A DNA stretch of 64,000 bases from assembly GCF_009914755.1 (NCBI RefSeq), contig NC_060943.1; one strand, written 5' to 3'. The notes below the pieces were generated by a model. It was not told the origin of the DNA and made no database searches. It saw only the letters and a list, made by a program, of their open reading frames with translations. This stretch comes from the human T2T-CHM13v2.0 reference genome, Homo sapiens. Position numbers and translations under genes: made by a program. Below, one piece after another: positions 15,200 through 30,562 of this stretch. Every line of letters starts with the position of its first letter. Positions within the stretch are counted from its first letter, which is position 1.

Positions 15200-16480
15200 T
15201 TATTTCCGTCCCCCGCCCCCATTCCTGCCAACCCAGTATCGAATTGACGGTCGCCGGCCCCCTACTCAGTGCCGCACCCCCGCCGGACGTCCCAGCGACC
15301 TTTCAATGGCCAAGGCGGGGGCGGGGCCTGCCGGAGCGCCCCGCCCGCCGCCGGTGCGCTAGCCTCGCGCGGGCTCGCGGCCCCCTTACCTAACGCGGCT
15401 GCTGATTGGTTCTCGGGGCGCGGTGTGCGCTCTCCCGTGACGGGAGTCGGGTGGGGGCGGGGAGGCTGACCCAAGCCACCCGCCTGCAAATGGCGTCTGG
15501 GGGCCAGGAACGTGGGAAGGAGAGAAAATGGGCACTCCCCACTCCGAAACCGGCCTCGGCGTCCGGGTTGCAGCCCCTAAGGAAAGCTGGGCCGAAGGAA
15601 GAAGAGGAGGAGGATGTAACGCGGGCCCGAGCTGAGATCAGTTCCCTCAGGCGACTCGTCCTGCGCATGCGCTGAGGGCTGGAGCTCGAGAACTGAATGC
15701 GCTCGCCGGGCTGAGCGTGCGTGGATGGAGGCGGTCGGCTTCAGCACGCATGCGGGTTCCGGAGCGGGAGGCGGGAGGACGCCGCGGCTCTGACTCAATG
15801 CGCGTGCGCGCGGTTGGGGGGTTGAGGGTGGGGAGATGAGTAGGGAAATGGATACGCCGAGGAGCCGGCAGGAGGGAGAGCGGCCCGGATCTGGGGTTCG
15901 AGTTGTGCCTCTTCGGTGATGTTGGCGGGATGCAGTGGGGTGGGACGACAGGGAGGAATTTCACTGTTCTGGGCTGAGTGCCAAGAACACATGAATGAAT
16001 CAGACTTGGCGTGCGCCCTGGAAGACACCCCGGCCTGTGGAGAGACTGCCAGGGCCTCAAATCACTTAGGAAAGGGCGCGGGTCCGGTTGGACCTTGAAG
16101 GACAGGCAGGCGAGGGTACTCCAGGGAACAGCTAAGCAAAGGCGGCGAAGACCCCGGGGGAAGAGGTCTAGACTGGCTTGGATTCAGGGTCCACCTGGGT
16201 GGGAGGTGAGGCAGCAGAATGGGCAGGTCAGACCCTGAAGGGTCTCCAGTGTCAGTTTTATCCTTAAGGCCTGGGAGATGCAGAATAGTCTGAGACAGAA
16301 CTATGTTTAAAACCCTCGAAGGCCGCGTTGGAGAAGGGAATCCGCTCCAGGGTCGAAAATTTAAACGCACGTGGGCGGAGTCTTGCGCGCGCCAAAGAGG
16401 AACATTGGGCGACGGGCGCGGCCTGGAGAGCGCATGCGCATTCGGAAGGGTCGGCAGTTCCCCAGTGGGCAGAGTGGGTG
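15200..16480. promoter_or_regulatory. SMG9 CpG-island promoter with NRF1 palindromes, GC boxes, CCAAT box and YY1-like site
   Basis: Dense CpG; TGCGCATGCGC 15662-15672; GCGCATGCGCA 16430-16440; CTGATTGG ~15402-15409; AAATGGCG ~15488; several GGGGCGGG. Confidence 0.85.
15390..15690 (-). other. SMG9: SMG9 exon 1 (5'UTR); 5' end approximate
   Basis: TAG|gtaag donor at 15390/15389 inside a CpG island; TSS not definable from sequence. Confidence 0.8.
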
Positions 16481-16499
16481 GATGGGAAGGTTCTAGCTT

Positions 16500-16820
16500 T
16501 TTATTTGAAATTTTATTTATTTTTATTTTATTTATTTATTTAGAGACGGAGTCTCGCCCTGTCACCCAGGCTGGCGTGCAGTGGCGAGATCTCGGATCAC
16601 TGCCGTCTCCACCTCCTGAAATTCAAGCGATTCTCCTGCCTCAGCCTCCCAAATAGCTGGGATTACAGGCGTCCACCACGCCTGGCTAATTTTTTGTATT
16701 TTTAGTAGAGACTGGGTTTTGCCATGTTGGCCAGGCTGGTCTCGAACTCCTGACCTCAAGTGATCCGCCCGCCTCGGCCTCCTAAAGTGCTAGGATGACA
16801 GGCGTGAGCCACCGTGGCTG
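16500..16820 (-). mobile_element. AluS
   Basis: Alu consensus with (TTTA)n tail. Confidence 0.9.
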
Positions 16821-17546
16821 GTCTAAAAAAAAGTTTTTTAAAATTATATTTGAACAGGTATTACATGTACATACACAATTCAAACCTCTCTGGCTGTATA
16901 CAATAAAAGTAAGTTTCCACCTCTGGTTCCCATTTTCCTTTCCTAAAGCACTGGTTCCCGGTTTCCTTCTGGAGCTGCTGTTATAATAAAGCATTGGAGT
17001 TAAGAGCATGTGTTGAGTTCATATAAATAGCGGCTGAGCTTGACCAAGTGACTTAATACTCTCTACTTCTACGTCCCTGTTTGTGAATTGGGTGTGGTAT
17101 AACCTTACTTACAACATTGCCGCCAGCATTAAATGGGTGAGAGTGCATAGAACAGTGCCTGTTGCCTAATGGTACTGTGTGTTGTCTCTGTGTATTATTT
17201 TGTGGTCTACCATGCTGATAGTTGTAGATTCTGAGCAGCCCTCTCCCCTCCAGGCCTCATCCCTACTGTCATTGTCCCAGTACCAGTACCAGGTGGAGCC
17301 ACCTCTCCAGGCTGCCACAGGTAGAAACACCAGTCACCCAGAATGACTTGAGTCCACTGTTGATGGATTCTGGGGAAAGATTCTGGGTGTTTGATAAAGA
17401 TACACATGACAGGCCATCTCTGTATTATGTCTATCAGTGTCCAATTTTACTTCTTCAGCTCAGGCCATATCTGAATTTCTCAACCCCAGATCACTCACGA
17501 TTGCCAGTTTCACGTCAGGGCAACCCTCAGAGGTAGAATTTTCTTA

Positions 17547-18083
<537 letters not shown>

Positions 18084-18319
18084 TCACTCCAGAGCAAGCC
18101 TACACTTTTTCCCTGGCACCGGGGAGCCAGCCTGGTGATGAGTCAGCAGTACAGTCAGGCACCCAGTGAGCTGCCTTTTGTATTAGTGGCATGGTATGCT
18201 GTTCTGGAGATATATCATACTTTAACACTTTCTCTGTTGATGAGCATTTAGACTGTTGCTGAACTTCTGCTCTTACAAACATTTACTGCAGGGGTTTGTG
18301 TGTATGTTTCTGTTTTCTA

Positions 18320-19021
<702 letters not shown>

Positions 19022-19214
19022 CTGTTCATCTCTTTTTCACTTTTTGTTCATTTCTTTCATTTATATGTTGAATGAATTATGGAACTCTAGTCATCTGCCA
19101 GGCACAGCTGTAGGCTGGAGATCCTGTAATGAATAGGAAAAGCACCTGCCCTTTGGGAGCAGATATTCTAGTGGGGCAGATGACATCAGATAAAGGATGC
19201 TTGGAAGAAAAGAA

Positions 19215-19505
19215 AATCGGGGGTGAGGATTGGGAAGACATTGCAAAGGATACAAAATTTCATTTAGACAGGAGGAATAAATTCAAGAGATCCAGTCCAC
19301 AACATGGTAACTATAGTTAGTAACAATGTATACTTGAAAATTGCTAAGAGGATAAATTTTCAGTGTCCTCACCACAAAAATGATAAATATGTGAAATAAT
19401 GCATATGTTAATTAGCTTGATTTAGCCATTGTACAATGTATAAATATACAAAACATGTTGTACACCATAAATATATACAATTTTTATTTTTCAATTAAAA
19501 ATAAA
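19215..19505 (+). mobile_element. L1M(A) 3' end fragment; a related fragment lies at ~20575-20770
   Basis: AAAGGATACAAAATTTCA...ATGTTAATTAGCTTGATTTAGCCATT motifs of old L1 3'UTR. Confidence 0.75.
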
Positions 19506-19513
19506 GTCAGGTG

Positions 19514-19921
<408 letters not shown>

Positions 19922-20792
19922 TCAGGAAATGAGCCATCTAAAGATGCTGAAGAACGGCCAGTAAAAGACCCCAAAGTGGGAGTGGGCCTGGCTGTCCAAG
20001 GATGGTCAAGGTGGCCAGAGTGGCTGAAACAGAGCAAGGGAGGGAAAGAAGGGCAGGATTATTTAGAGACGGAGCTGTAGACAGGGCCAGTTTACATAAA
20101 GTCTTACAGGCCATGGTAAGCATTTGGAATTTACTTCCAAATGTAACAAAGCCATTGCAGGGCTACAAACAAGCACCGGCTTGTTCCAATGAATGTTTAC
20201 AAAGACTTCTCCAGTGAACAACAAAAATTAACAGTGATTGCCTATAGGGATGAGGGTTATAGACAGATGTGGGTCAGGGCTATGGGAACTTAAAAAGCGT
20301 TGTTGTTTTTTTAAACCACGTAATTATTAGCTATGCGCAAAAATGTTCAATGAAAACAGTGCTGGTTGCTGTGAGGAGAATGGCCTGCAGGGGCGGAAGC
20401 AGGAGATGAGAAAGCTGGTGTCCTTGCCTGGGCAAGAAAGGATAGTGGTTCTGGAAGAGGGTGGTGCTAATAGATGAGTTGAGAAGGGTCAGGAACTGGG
20501 ATCTTTTTTGAAGGTAGCGCCAAGAAATTAAACATGGGGTGTGAGAGGAAGCATGAATCAGGGGTGACTTGAAAGTCATCCTAGAGATCTGTTGTACAAC
20601 AGGGTGACTCTCATTCATAACAATGTGTTATATGCTTGAAACTTACTAAAATAATAGATTTTAAGTTTTCTCACACCACAAAAAAATAAGTATGTGAAAT
20701 AATGCATATGTTAATTAGCTTGATTTAGCCATTCCACAATGTGTACATATATTAAAACATCATGTTATTTGCAGCATTAAAAAAAGTTCTAG

Positions 20793-21310
<518 letters not shown>

Positions 21311-21492
21311 TAAGACTGAGGCTTTTTACCGGGATGAGGAAAAGTACTTTTGATGGGAAATCAACAAGCTTTGAAATTCTTAACTTTGAGATGCACGTTG
21401 GTCATCAAATAAGTGGTTGGAGTTAGGGGAAAAAGCCGGGGTTTGTAGATAAAGACTTTCTGACTTTGCGTCACAGAATTTAGTTTAATTAA

Positions 21493-21682
<190 letters not shown>

Positions 21683-22704
21683 TAGGCTGGTCTCGAACCC
21701 CTGGGTTCAAGCAATCCACCCCATCAGCCTCCCAAAGGCTGGGATTACAGTCACTACAGAGTTTTAAAAATACACACAAAGATGTTATGGTATGAAGAGA
21801 CTCCCACGTACCCATCGCCCAATATTGACAGACATCTGCATTTTTCTTGTCTTATGTCTTCTATTTTTCCCTCCCACATATAAGCATACTTCCCGCCACC
21901 CCCTGGAGTTTTGTTTGTTTTAAGAAAATCACAGATAACCTGTCATTTTGTTAATAACTATACAAGTATGCTAAATTTTGGAGCTGCCTATTTATAGATG
22001 ATATTTAAAGCTATGATTTGCTGAGATCATCTAGGCTGAGAGGTTGAAGAGAGCAGGGACTAGGCCTGAGCATCCCGCATGTAGAAGCCAGGATCCTGGA
22101 GAGGGGCTGAGATGGAGCCAGGAGTGTCAGGAGAGGGGATGACCTGGCGCCATGGGATCAAAGGGTTCCAAAGAGAAGATAATGGACTAAGGAGCAGAGA
22201 CACGGGGCAGCAGCTGGAGGCAGATGTGGGGTCCACCATGGAAAAGACATGACTTTTGATCCCCCATCTAACTGTGTTATGGAACCTTCTCAGTATCTAT
22301 CAGGAAAAATGTATAAGTACTTATTTTTCTTTATTTTTATTTATTTTCTTTTTGGGTGACATATAACTTAAGTGTGGTAAAGTATATAAAGGGCACAGAT
22401 CTTAAGTGTACCAGGTAATGAATTTTCACAAATTTATGCATCCATGTAACCGCTAATCAGAGAACATTTCCAGCACCCAGACGTCTTCCTTGTGCTCTTT
22501 CCCTGTCAATTCCCCTGCTCCAGAAGCAACCACCCATCTAATGCCTTTCAAAAACAGGCACAGAGATTCGTTGTGTCTGTTTTTGAACTTCATGCGAATG
22601 AAATCTTACAGCATGTCTTCCGTGTGTCTGGCATCTTTAGCTCTTTATGTCTGGCAAAGTCTTTTATGTCATTCTATGTAGCAGGAGTTTAGAACCAACT
22701 TTAT

Positions 22705-22988
22705 GGCCGGGCTTGGTGGCTCACATCTGTAATCCCAGCACTTTGGGAGGCGGAGGCAGAGGCAGGCAGAACACGTGAGGCTAGGAGTTCGAGACCAGCC
22801 TGGCCAACATAATGAAACCCCATCTCTACTAAAAATACAAAAAATTAGCTGGGCGTGGTGGAGGTGCATACCTGTAATCCCAGCTACACTCGGGAGGCCG
22901 AGGCACGAGAATTGCTTGAAGCTGAGAGGCAGAGGTTGCAGTGAGCCGAGATCACGCCACTGCACTCCAGCCTAGGTGACAGAGCGAC
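22705..22988 (+). mobile_element. AluS; Alu monomers also at ~23400-23525 and ~24070-24228
   Basis: Alu consensus. Confidence 0.85.
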
Positions 22989-23323
22989 AGATATTTTGCA
23001 GTTTGGTGAATAGTGAACTTTAAGGAAAATGGAGAATCTAAAATGCTTCTGAAAGTTCCAGTGGGATGTTTATAAGATGGGAGAAATTATAGCATGTTTG
23101 TGTGCAGATGGGAATGATAGAGGGAAAAGAGACCAGGAGACTTTGGAGCTGTTTTTTGAGGAGGTGTGGACAGGGTGAGGGGGCTAGACTTGACTTGAAG
23201 AAGGGCCAGCTCATCCTGGAAAAAGAAAGGAAAGTTTTATCATTTGACACCCCCTCCAAATTATAAAAAGCACTCTCCTGGTTTGTATATGTTAGCAGCT
23301 ATTCCACACAACATAAAAGCTTA

Positions 23324-23515
<192 letters not shown>

Positions 23516-25048
23516 CTACAACAAAGAACTGAATAAATGTTAGTGATGTTTATTTTTATTCTGAGTGGATGGGGCAAGAAGGAGGGGAGAGCAGCAGGCA
23601 GTTTGGGAAGGAAGAGGAGCCTAGTGGCCTGAGCAGCCAGGACAGGGAGGAGAAGGGGAGGCCAGAAGACGGGGAGAGACTGAGCTTGCAGAGTCCCCCG
23701 GGTGAGGCTTGTGGGCATACTGACACAATGGAATACTACTGTGTAATGAAAAGGATGAGCAGCATGGCTGAATCTCACCACCACCCTGCAGAGCCCAAGA
23801 CACAGATACACACCAGGGCGTGCAGCAGGGTTCCTTCCAAAGTTCAAAGTTGAACAAAAGGAATCAAGACAGGTCAGGATGGTGGTTCCTGGGATGAAGG
23901 GGGCTGTTGGCTGGGAGGGAAATGAGAGCTTTAGGGGGCTAGACACTTCTAGCTTGATCTGAGTGATGGCTACTCAGGTGAATGTATTTGAAGAAATATA
24001 TTGAGATTACATTTAAAATTTGTGTACTTTATTGTATGTTAAAATATATGTCAGTTAAAGAAAAAAAGGGGGCAGGCATGGTGGCACACAGCTGTAGTCC
24101 CAGCTGCTTGGGAGGCTGAGGCAGGAGGATCACTTGAGTGCAGGAATTCGAGGCTGCAGTGAGCTACGATTGTACCACTGTACTCCAGCCTGGGTGACAG
24201 AGCAAGACTCTGTCTCTAAAAAAAAAAGAGCTGGACTCAGAGCTAGACTTTGACAGGAGGGCAGTGGGAGGAATGGGAAGTGTGTGGGTGTTAGAAAGGT
24301 CCTCAAGGGCAGTTGGGGGATTTATGAAGGGGAAAGGCCCGTGACTGGCTGTATGACCCTGGGAAGCCCCTGCCCTCTCTGGACCGCCTTTCCCCCACCC
24401 AGTCCTCATGAGAGTGCAGGCAGAACAGAAATAGGAGAAGGAAGGAGCCAAAATCACCATGAGACTCAGCTCCTGGAGGACAGAGCCCTCTGATTCATGT
24501 CTGCAGCCCAGCTCCTGGCTCAGGGCCTTCAGGAAGTGTTGATTTGGTGAGGGGGGTGCAAAACCTGCCAGAAGTGGGGGCATCCAGGCTTGAGCCCCAC
24601 AGTGGAGAATGAGGGCAGGCGGGCCAGGGCAGATCCAAGATAATTCAGAACACAGGATCTCTTGTATGTTCTCCTAGGTTCTTAGTCAAAAGCCCCTTTT
24701 CACTGGTTCTGACCTTGCCTCAGCTGAAATCAACATGGGATGGCTCAGCTGAAACCAACATGGGGTGGCTTCAGGCCATCCCAGGCATTCAGAGGGTTCG
24801 TTTAATGACATTCACTGAGGCCCTGTCTATGTCAGGCCCTTGGTGTTGAAGACGCAATCATGAACAAAAATGAAAATACAATGTGATGGTCTCCTGAGTG
24901 TCTGAATGCGCCAGGTGGCTAAGTGCTGGGGCTCTGGGGTCAGGCTGCCTGGGTCACATCCTGGCTCCAAACTGCTTTGCTATGGCTTCGGGCAGTTACC
25001 TCATCTGTAAAATGGGACCAACATTGCCTACCTTGCCTCCTTTTGTGA

Positions 25049-25636
<588 letters not shown>

Positions 25637-26593
25637 TGATAGGGATAGGTTTATGAGGCTATAGGAGTATCAGACAGGGCCTCCTGGAGGAGGGGACATA
25701 TTAGCCGAGGCCTACAGGAGGCGTAGGAAGGAGTGTTTGCCAGCTAAAAGGGAGTGGAGGCAAGGAAAGAGAGGTCCCAGAAGAATGAGTTTGGCAGGGG
25801 CTTTGGCAACACTGCCAGGAGAGCTTCTTGCAGGGGAAGGGTGTCAGCAATATCTGGAGGTCTCATCCAGTTCCTTTCTTGAGTCCCCGCCTTTACTCCC
25901 CAGGTGGGCTGGCCTCCAGAGGAAGGGCAGTTCGTGGCAGTGGGTGGCGGAGGCTCCAATTTAGCTCTCAGGGATGAAGGGGCGAGGCTGGCTGTGGACT
26001 TTAAGGGAAATCCAAAGATAGCTCAACAGAAAAGGATGACTCGCAGCCTGATCTTCCCCTCAAGAGGAGGGAAGCAAGAATGAATCAGCCTCTCAAGCTG
26101 GAATGAAGTTGCGGCGGGAAGTCAGTCCTCGGTTTGTGGCCCAAGGCCACTCTGCCTCTGACTCACCTTGCAGTGGGGCGGGATGGGTGTGAATCTGGGC
26201 TCTCCAGCCCGGATTCCTAGCTTCCGGCTGGGGGCCTGAGGGGAGGCCTGGCTCCTCTTGAAACCTCGGTTTCTACATCTGTGCAGTGGGGTAACGAGGG
26301 TCAGGAGAGTGGTTATGGTGACTTATAAACAGAGCTGGGCACACAGTAGGGCCTCTGGAAGTGCCAGCCCCCCTCCTTTGCCCCCTTCCCTTTCACATCC
26401 TCTCTTGAGCGGATGTGAAACGGGTATGTGGGTGGTTTGGGGAGGTTTGGGGCCTCTGTTAGTCTCTTGATGAGTGAGTTGTCATCTAGATTCTGGTAAG
26501 GCATGAATAGAGGGAGAAAAGCAACAAAAAATCAGAAAAAGGGCAGCCACGCATTGTGTGTGAAAATCAAAAACAATAATAAAAATGATTCTT

Positions 26594-26890
26594 GGCCAGG
26601 GACAGTGGCTCACGCTTGTAATCCCAGCACTTTGGGAGGCTGAGGCGGGCAGATTGCTTGAGCCCAGGAGTTCAAGACCAGCATCTGCAACATAGTGAAA
26701 CCCCATCTCTACTAAAAATACAAAAATTAGCCAGGCGTGGTGGCAGGTGCCTGTAATCCCAGCTACTTGGGGACTAAGGCAGGAGAATCGCTTGAACTCT
26801 GGAGGCGGAGGTTGCAGTGAGCCGAAATCGCGCCACTGTACTCCAGCCTGGGTGACAGAGCAAGACTCCATCTCAAAAAAAAAAAAAAAA
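26594..26890 (+). mobile_element. Alu
   Basis: Alu consensus and A-tail. Confidence 0.9.
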
Positions 26891-27279
26891 GATTCTCTCT
26901 CACATATTTGGTTCCTACTAAATGCCTCTGGGCTACTCCATGTTTTAATCTTCACAGCAGTTCCATGGGGAGGCAGTCCCATTTCACAGGTGAGGTAAAC
27001 TGTTCAGAGGTGAAGCCACTTACCCAAGATCACACCACCAGTGGATGGTAGAACCAGGATTTGGACCCTGATCTGTCTGAGTTCAAAGCTGTTGCTCTTT
27101 GCCTCAGATCTGGGCAGGGGACTGTTGCTGAGGACTGCCCAGCCTACTGAGTTGGGAGGGCACTTACAGGAGAAGGCCTCTGAGACAGGTTCAGACAAGG
27201 CAACAGTCTTCCACTGGACGGTCTGCCAGTTAGGAGTGTAGATATGTTTAGAGAGAAATGGCAACTTCTGGCTTTAACA

Positions 27280-27285
27280 TTTATT
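27280..27285 (-). terminator. KCNN4: KCNN4 polyadenylation signal AATAAA
   Basis: TTTATT on + strand. Confidence 0.88.
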
Positions 27286-27378
27286 ACAAAGATAAGAGCA
27301 GAGGCTGGTGAGTTACACTTCTTCCTCCCCACCAGGTGCTCTCTGCAGCTCTGGAAAAATGGTGTCCTCTTTGTTGTC

Positions 27379-27392
27379 CCACCAGGGGGCGC
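27379..27392 (+). promoter_or_regulatory. CTCF core motif CCACCAGGGGGCGC in KCNN4 3'UTR
   Basis: Match to the canonical CTCF core consensus. Confidence 0.7.
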
Positions 27393-28275
27393 CACCTCCA
27401 GCCCCGCCCCAGCCTCATACCCAGTTCTTCAGCTCGGCCAGCGGTAACTGAAGCCTCCCAGAATCCTGGATCCGGGCCCCTAGTACCCTCTTTCCCAGGG
27501 ACCCAGGAGTCCTGCCTCCAGTCGCCTGCACTTGTAACTGAGAGCTGGAGGTCGTCCATAGCAGCATAGTGAGAGTGTTTTTGATGAGGGTATGCAGAGT
27601 GGGGGTGACCATGTTCCCACCTGGGGCCTCAGGTGGGCCAAGGCCTACCCACTTTAGCCAGCGTCCCCTCCAGCAGCCATCAGCAAGCCAACCCACTCCA
27701 AGCCAGGGCCCCCTTTGGTCCTTGCACTTGAGGTGCTTTGTTCAGGGCTGGGTCAGGAGTGGCAGAGACGATGTCCACCACCTCAGTACTGGGGAAAGTA
27801 GCCTGGTTCCTCCTCGTGGGTCCTGGAGAGACAGAGAGACTGATGGAGAGGCAGGCCAGGAAGAGGGAGAGTGAGAGTGGGACACACCGAGGTGCAGACA
27901 GAAACCGGTGGGCAGAAGTGGGAGACAGGGGGCAGGTGTTTCCGGGCCCCGAGGCCAGGGGGCAGGAGGGCATTTAGACAGAGACATTGGATGGACAGCC
28001 AGACAATGTGCCCAGGACAGGCAGAGAGAGAGAGAGAGACCAAGCAAAGAGGGAGAAGGCCATCAAGGGTCAGTGAAGGGGAGAGGGTACACCATCTTCC
28101 TTCACTGCCAGTCCAGCCCCGAACTGAGTCCTTTCCTCCAGACAGTGCCAGAGCTGATGAGAAAAGGCGGCCTTGTCTCCCAGCCATCCCCCGCCCCCTT
28201 AGCCACATAGGGTGCTGGCCACAGGAACCCTTCCTCCAGGATGCCTTCCTGCCCAAGTCCCAGCCCCCTCACCAG

Positions 28276-28458
<183 letters not shown>

Positions 28459-29668
28459 TCAGAGGTGTCGGGGCTGGGGTCGACCCCCACCTACTCCATA
28501 GCGTAAGGCAATGGAACCAATATTGACCACATCCTTATGGTCCTCTGAGGATTACCCTCGACAATAACTGTTACCATGTATTGACCACCTACCACTTCCC
28601 AGCTACCTGCCCAGGTGTTTCCCTATATGGTTTAAAATCCTCCCAAAAGCCACAGGGAGTGGGAATCCTGTTCCTGTCTTACAGCTGAGGAAACAGGCAT
28701 GGAACAGTTAAATGACATGCCCAAAGCAGCTCCTGAAATAAGACCTAGAACATAGCAGGTGCTCATTAAATATTTCTAGCATGGATGATGCCTGACTTCC
28801 AAATCCACATAGTCTTTTACTGCATTCTCTGGCTAGGATTCACTAGTTGATCCCTGAGGGTTTGTGGATTTTCTATGGAAATTCTTGAATTCTGTGTTTT
28901 TGGCTTGATAACCTTCAGAAATTACCACCTGCCAATTCCTGCAGATCTGGGCCACTGCCTCGTCACTGAGACCTGCCATGCGGTTTTGGGGCCTGCATCT
29001 GTGACCGTGCTTACCATGGCATTGCTGCCAGGGGCCACTGTTTGAACTGTCGTGGGCTAACGAGAAAAAGCAAAGGCCACCAGATAAGCAGAAGATGCTG
29101 TGAGCCAGGCCAAGGGGGTGTTGTGACATCATTGTCCCTAAGCACTGGCGAAATCAAATGGTCTCAGCAGAAGAAGGGGGCGGGTAGCTGAGTCACGCCT
29201 TGGCCAGGCAAACTTGCATGGACGTCCCTGTTGCCCTGAGTACCCCTCCACAAGAGCAGCAGAGATTGAGTTTTACGGAAACAATGTCACCTGTGTCCTT
29301 GTCAGTGTTGTTCATTTTAATTGTATTGGTTTTGCCGTCTATGGGCTTGGTTTGTAAATTTGCTTTGGTTTTATTGTATGAGCTGTAGTTGGAAGGAATT
29401 TTATATCCGTCCACATGTAAGTAACTTAACAATAAAGATAATTTGAAACCAAACACTGGGGTTCTTTGTGCAATTTTTTTTTTTTCAGTTTGTAAGGGAT
29501 CTGTGCCTTTCATGAATGTAAGAAGCTCTGTGTTGCATCATTCATTCCTTCCTTCCTTCATTCAACCACAGACCTTTACTGACAGGCTGTGTGTGCCAGG
29601 CCCCTGCCAAGGTTCCCTGTTCTAGGGCCAGATTTCCCTCCCTGTGGCCCCAACCTCCCCCTTCTTCA

Positions 29669-29785
<117 letters not shown>

Positions 29786-30173
29786 TCAGTTTTACAAGCC
29801 TGGTCCCTGAATGTAGCTGTAGCTCAGGGGAGGAATGAAGGGAGGAGAGGCACATGAAGAAACAAAACAAAGAAACAAAGTTGTCGAAGAGCTGAAAGAG
29901 TGGGAGGGGATGCACCCTGCCTCCCCACGAGCCCCCATCCCCAGTAGAAACCCAGGTACCCAGGTCCGCAGACACACCGAGATATGCGGAGACAAACCAG
30001 CACAGACACATAGAGTCATGCACGGTCAGATCCAGGTGAGACCTGGATGTTGAGTGAGACCACACCTGGGTGTCCTGACCTGGACAGGCATGGACATGCA
30101 CACACACAGCCGTGCAGAGAGGTGACTTGGACATGGGTGCACATGGACACGTGTGCATACAAAGCGGCCCTCA

Positions 30174-30353
<180 letters not shown>

Positions 30354-30451
30354 CTAGGGCTGGGACTCTTGGGTCCTAGGGGAAGCAGGGGCGCCTGGAC
30401 TCCTGCTTCTTGGAAGAGGGGTGTCCCATGGGTGCCATATGCCCATCTCAC

Positions 30452-30562
30452 CTCTTTGGTATACTGGATATCCATCATGAAGTTGTGCACGTGCTTCTCT
30501 GCCTTGTTAAACTCCAGCTTCCGGGCCACCACGGCCACCAGCAGGGCTGTGCAGCAGACACC
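30452..30562 (-). CDS. KCNN4: KCNN4 exon 5 ([37 protein letters not shown]; S6)
   Basis: cag|GGT acceptor, GAG|gtgag donor; 111 nt. Confidence 0.97.

Larger units (their letters stand above)
27260..27822 (-). other. KCNN4: KCNN4 exon 9 (3'UTR only); 3' end approximate
   Basis: Long pyrimidine tract then ccag|GACCC at 27823/27822; AATAAA near the end. Confidence 0.88.

Noticed and set aside
28830-29530. AT-richer block in KCNN4 intron 7, possibly an old hAT-Charlie relic
   Set aside because: Family and ends cannot be assigned reliably by eye; needs a Dfam search
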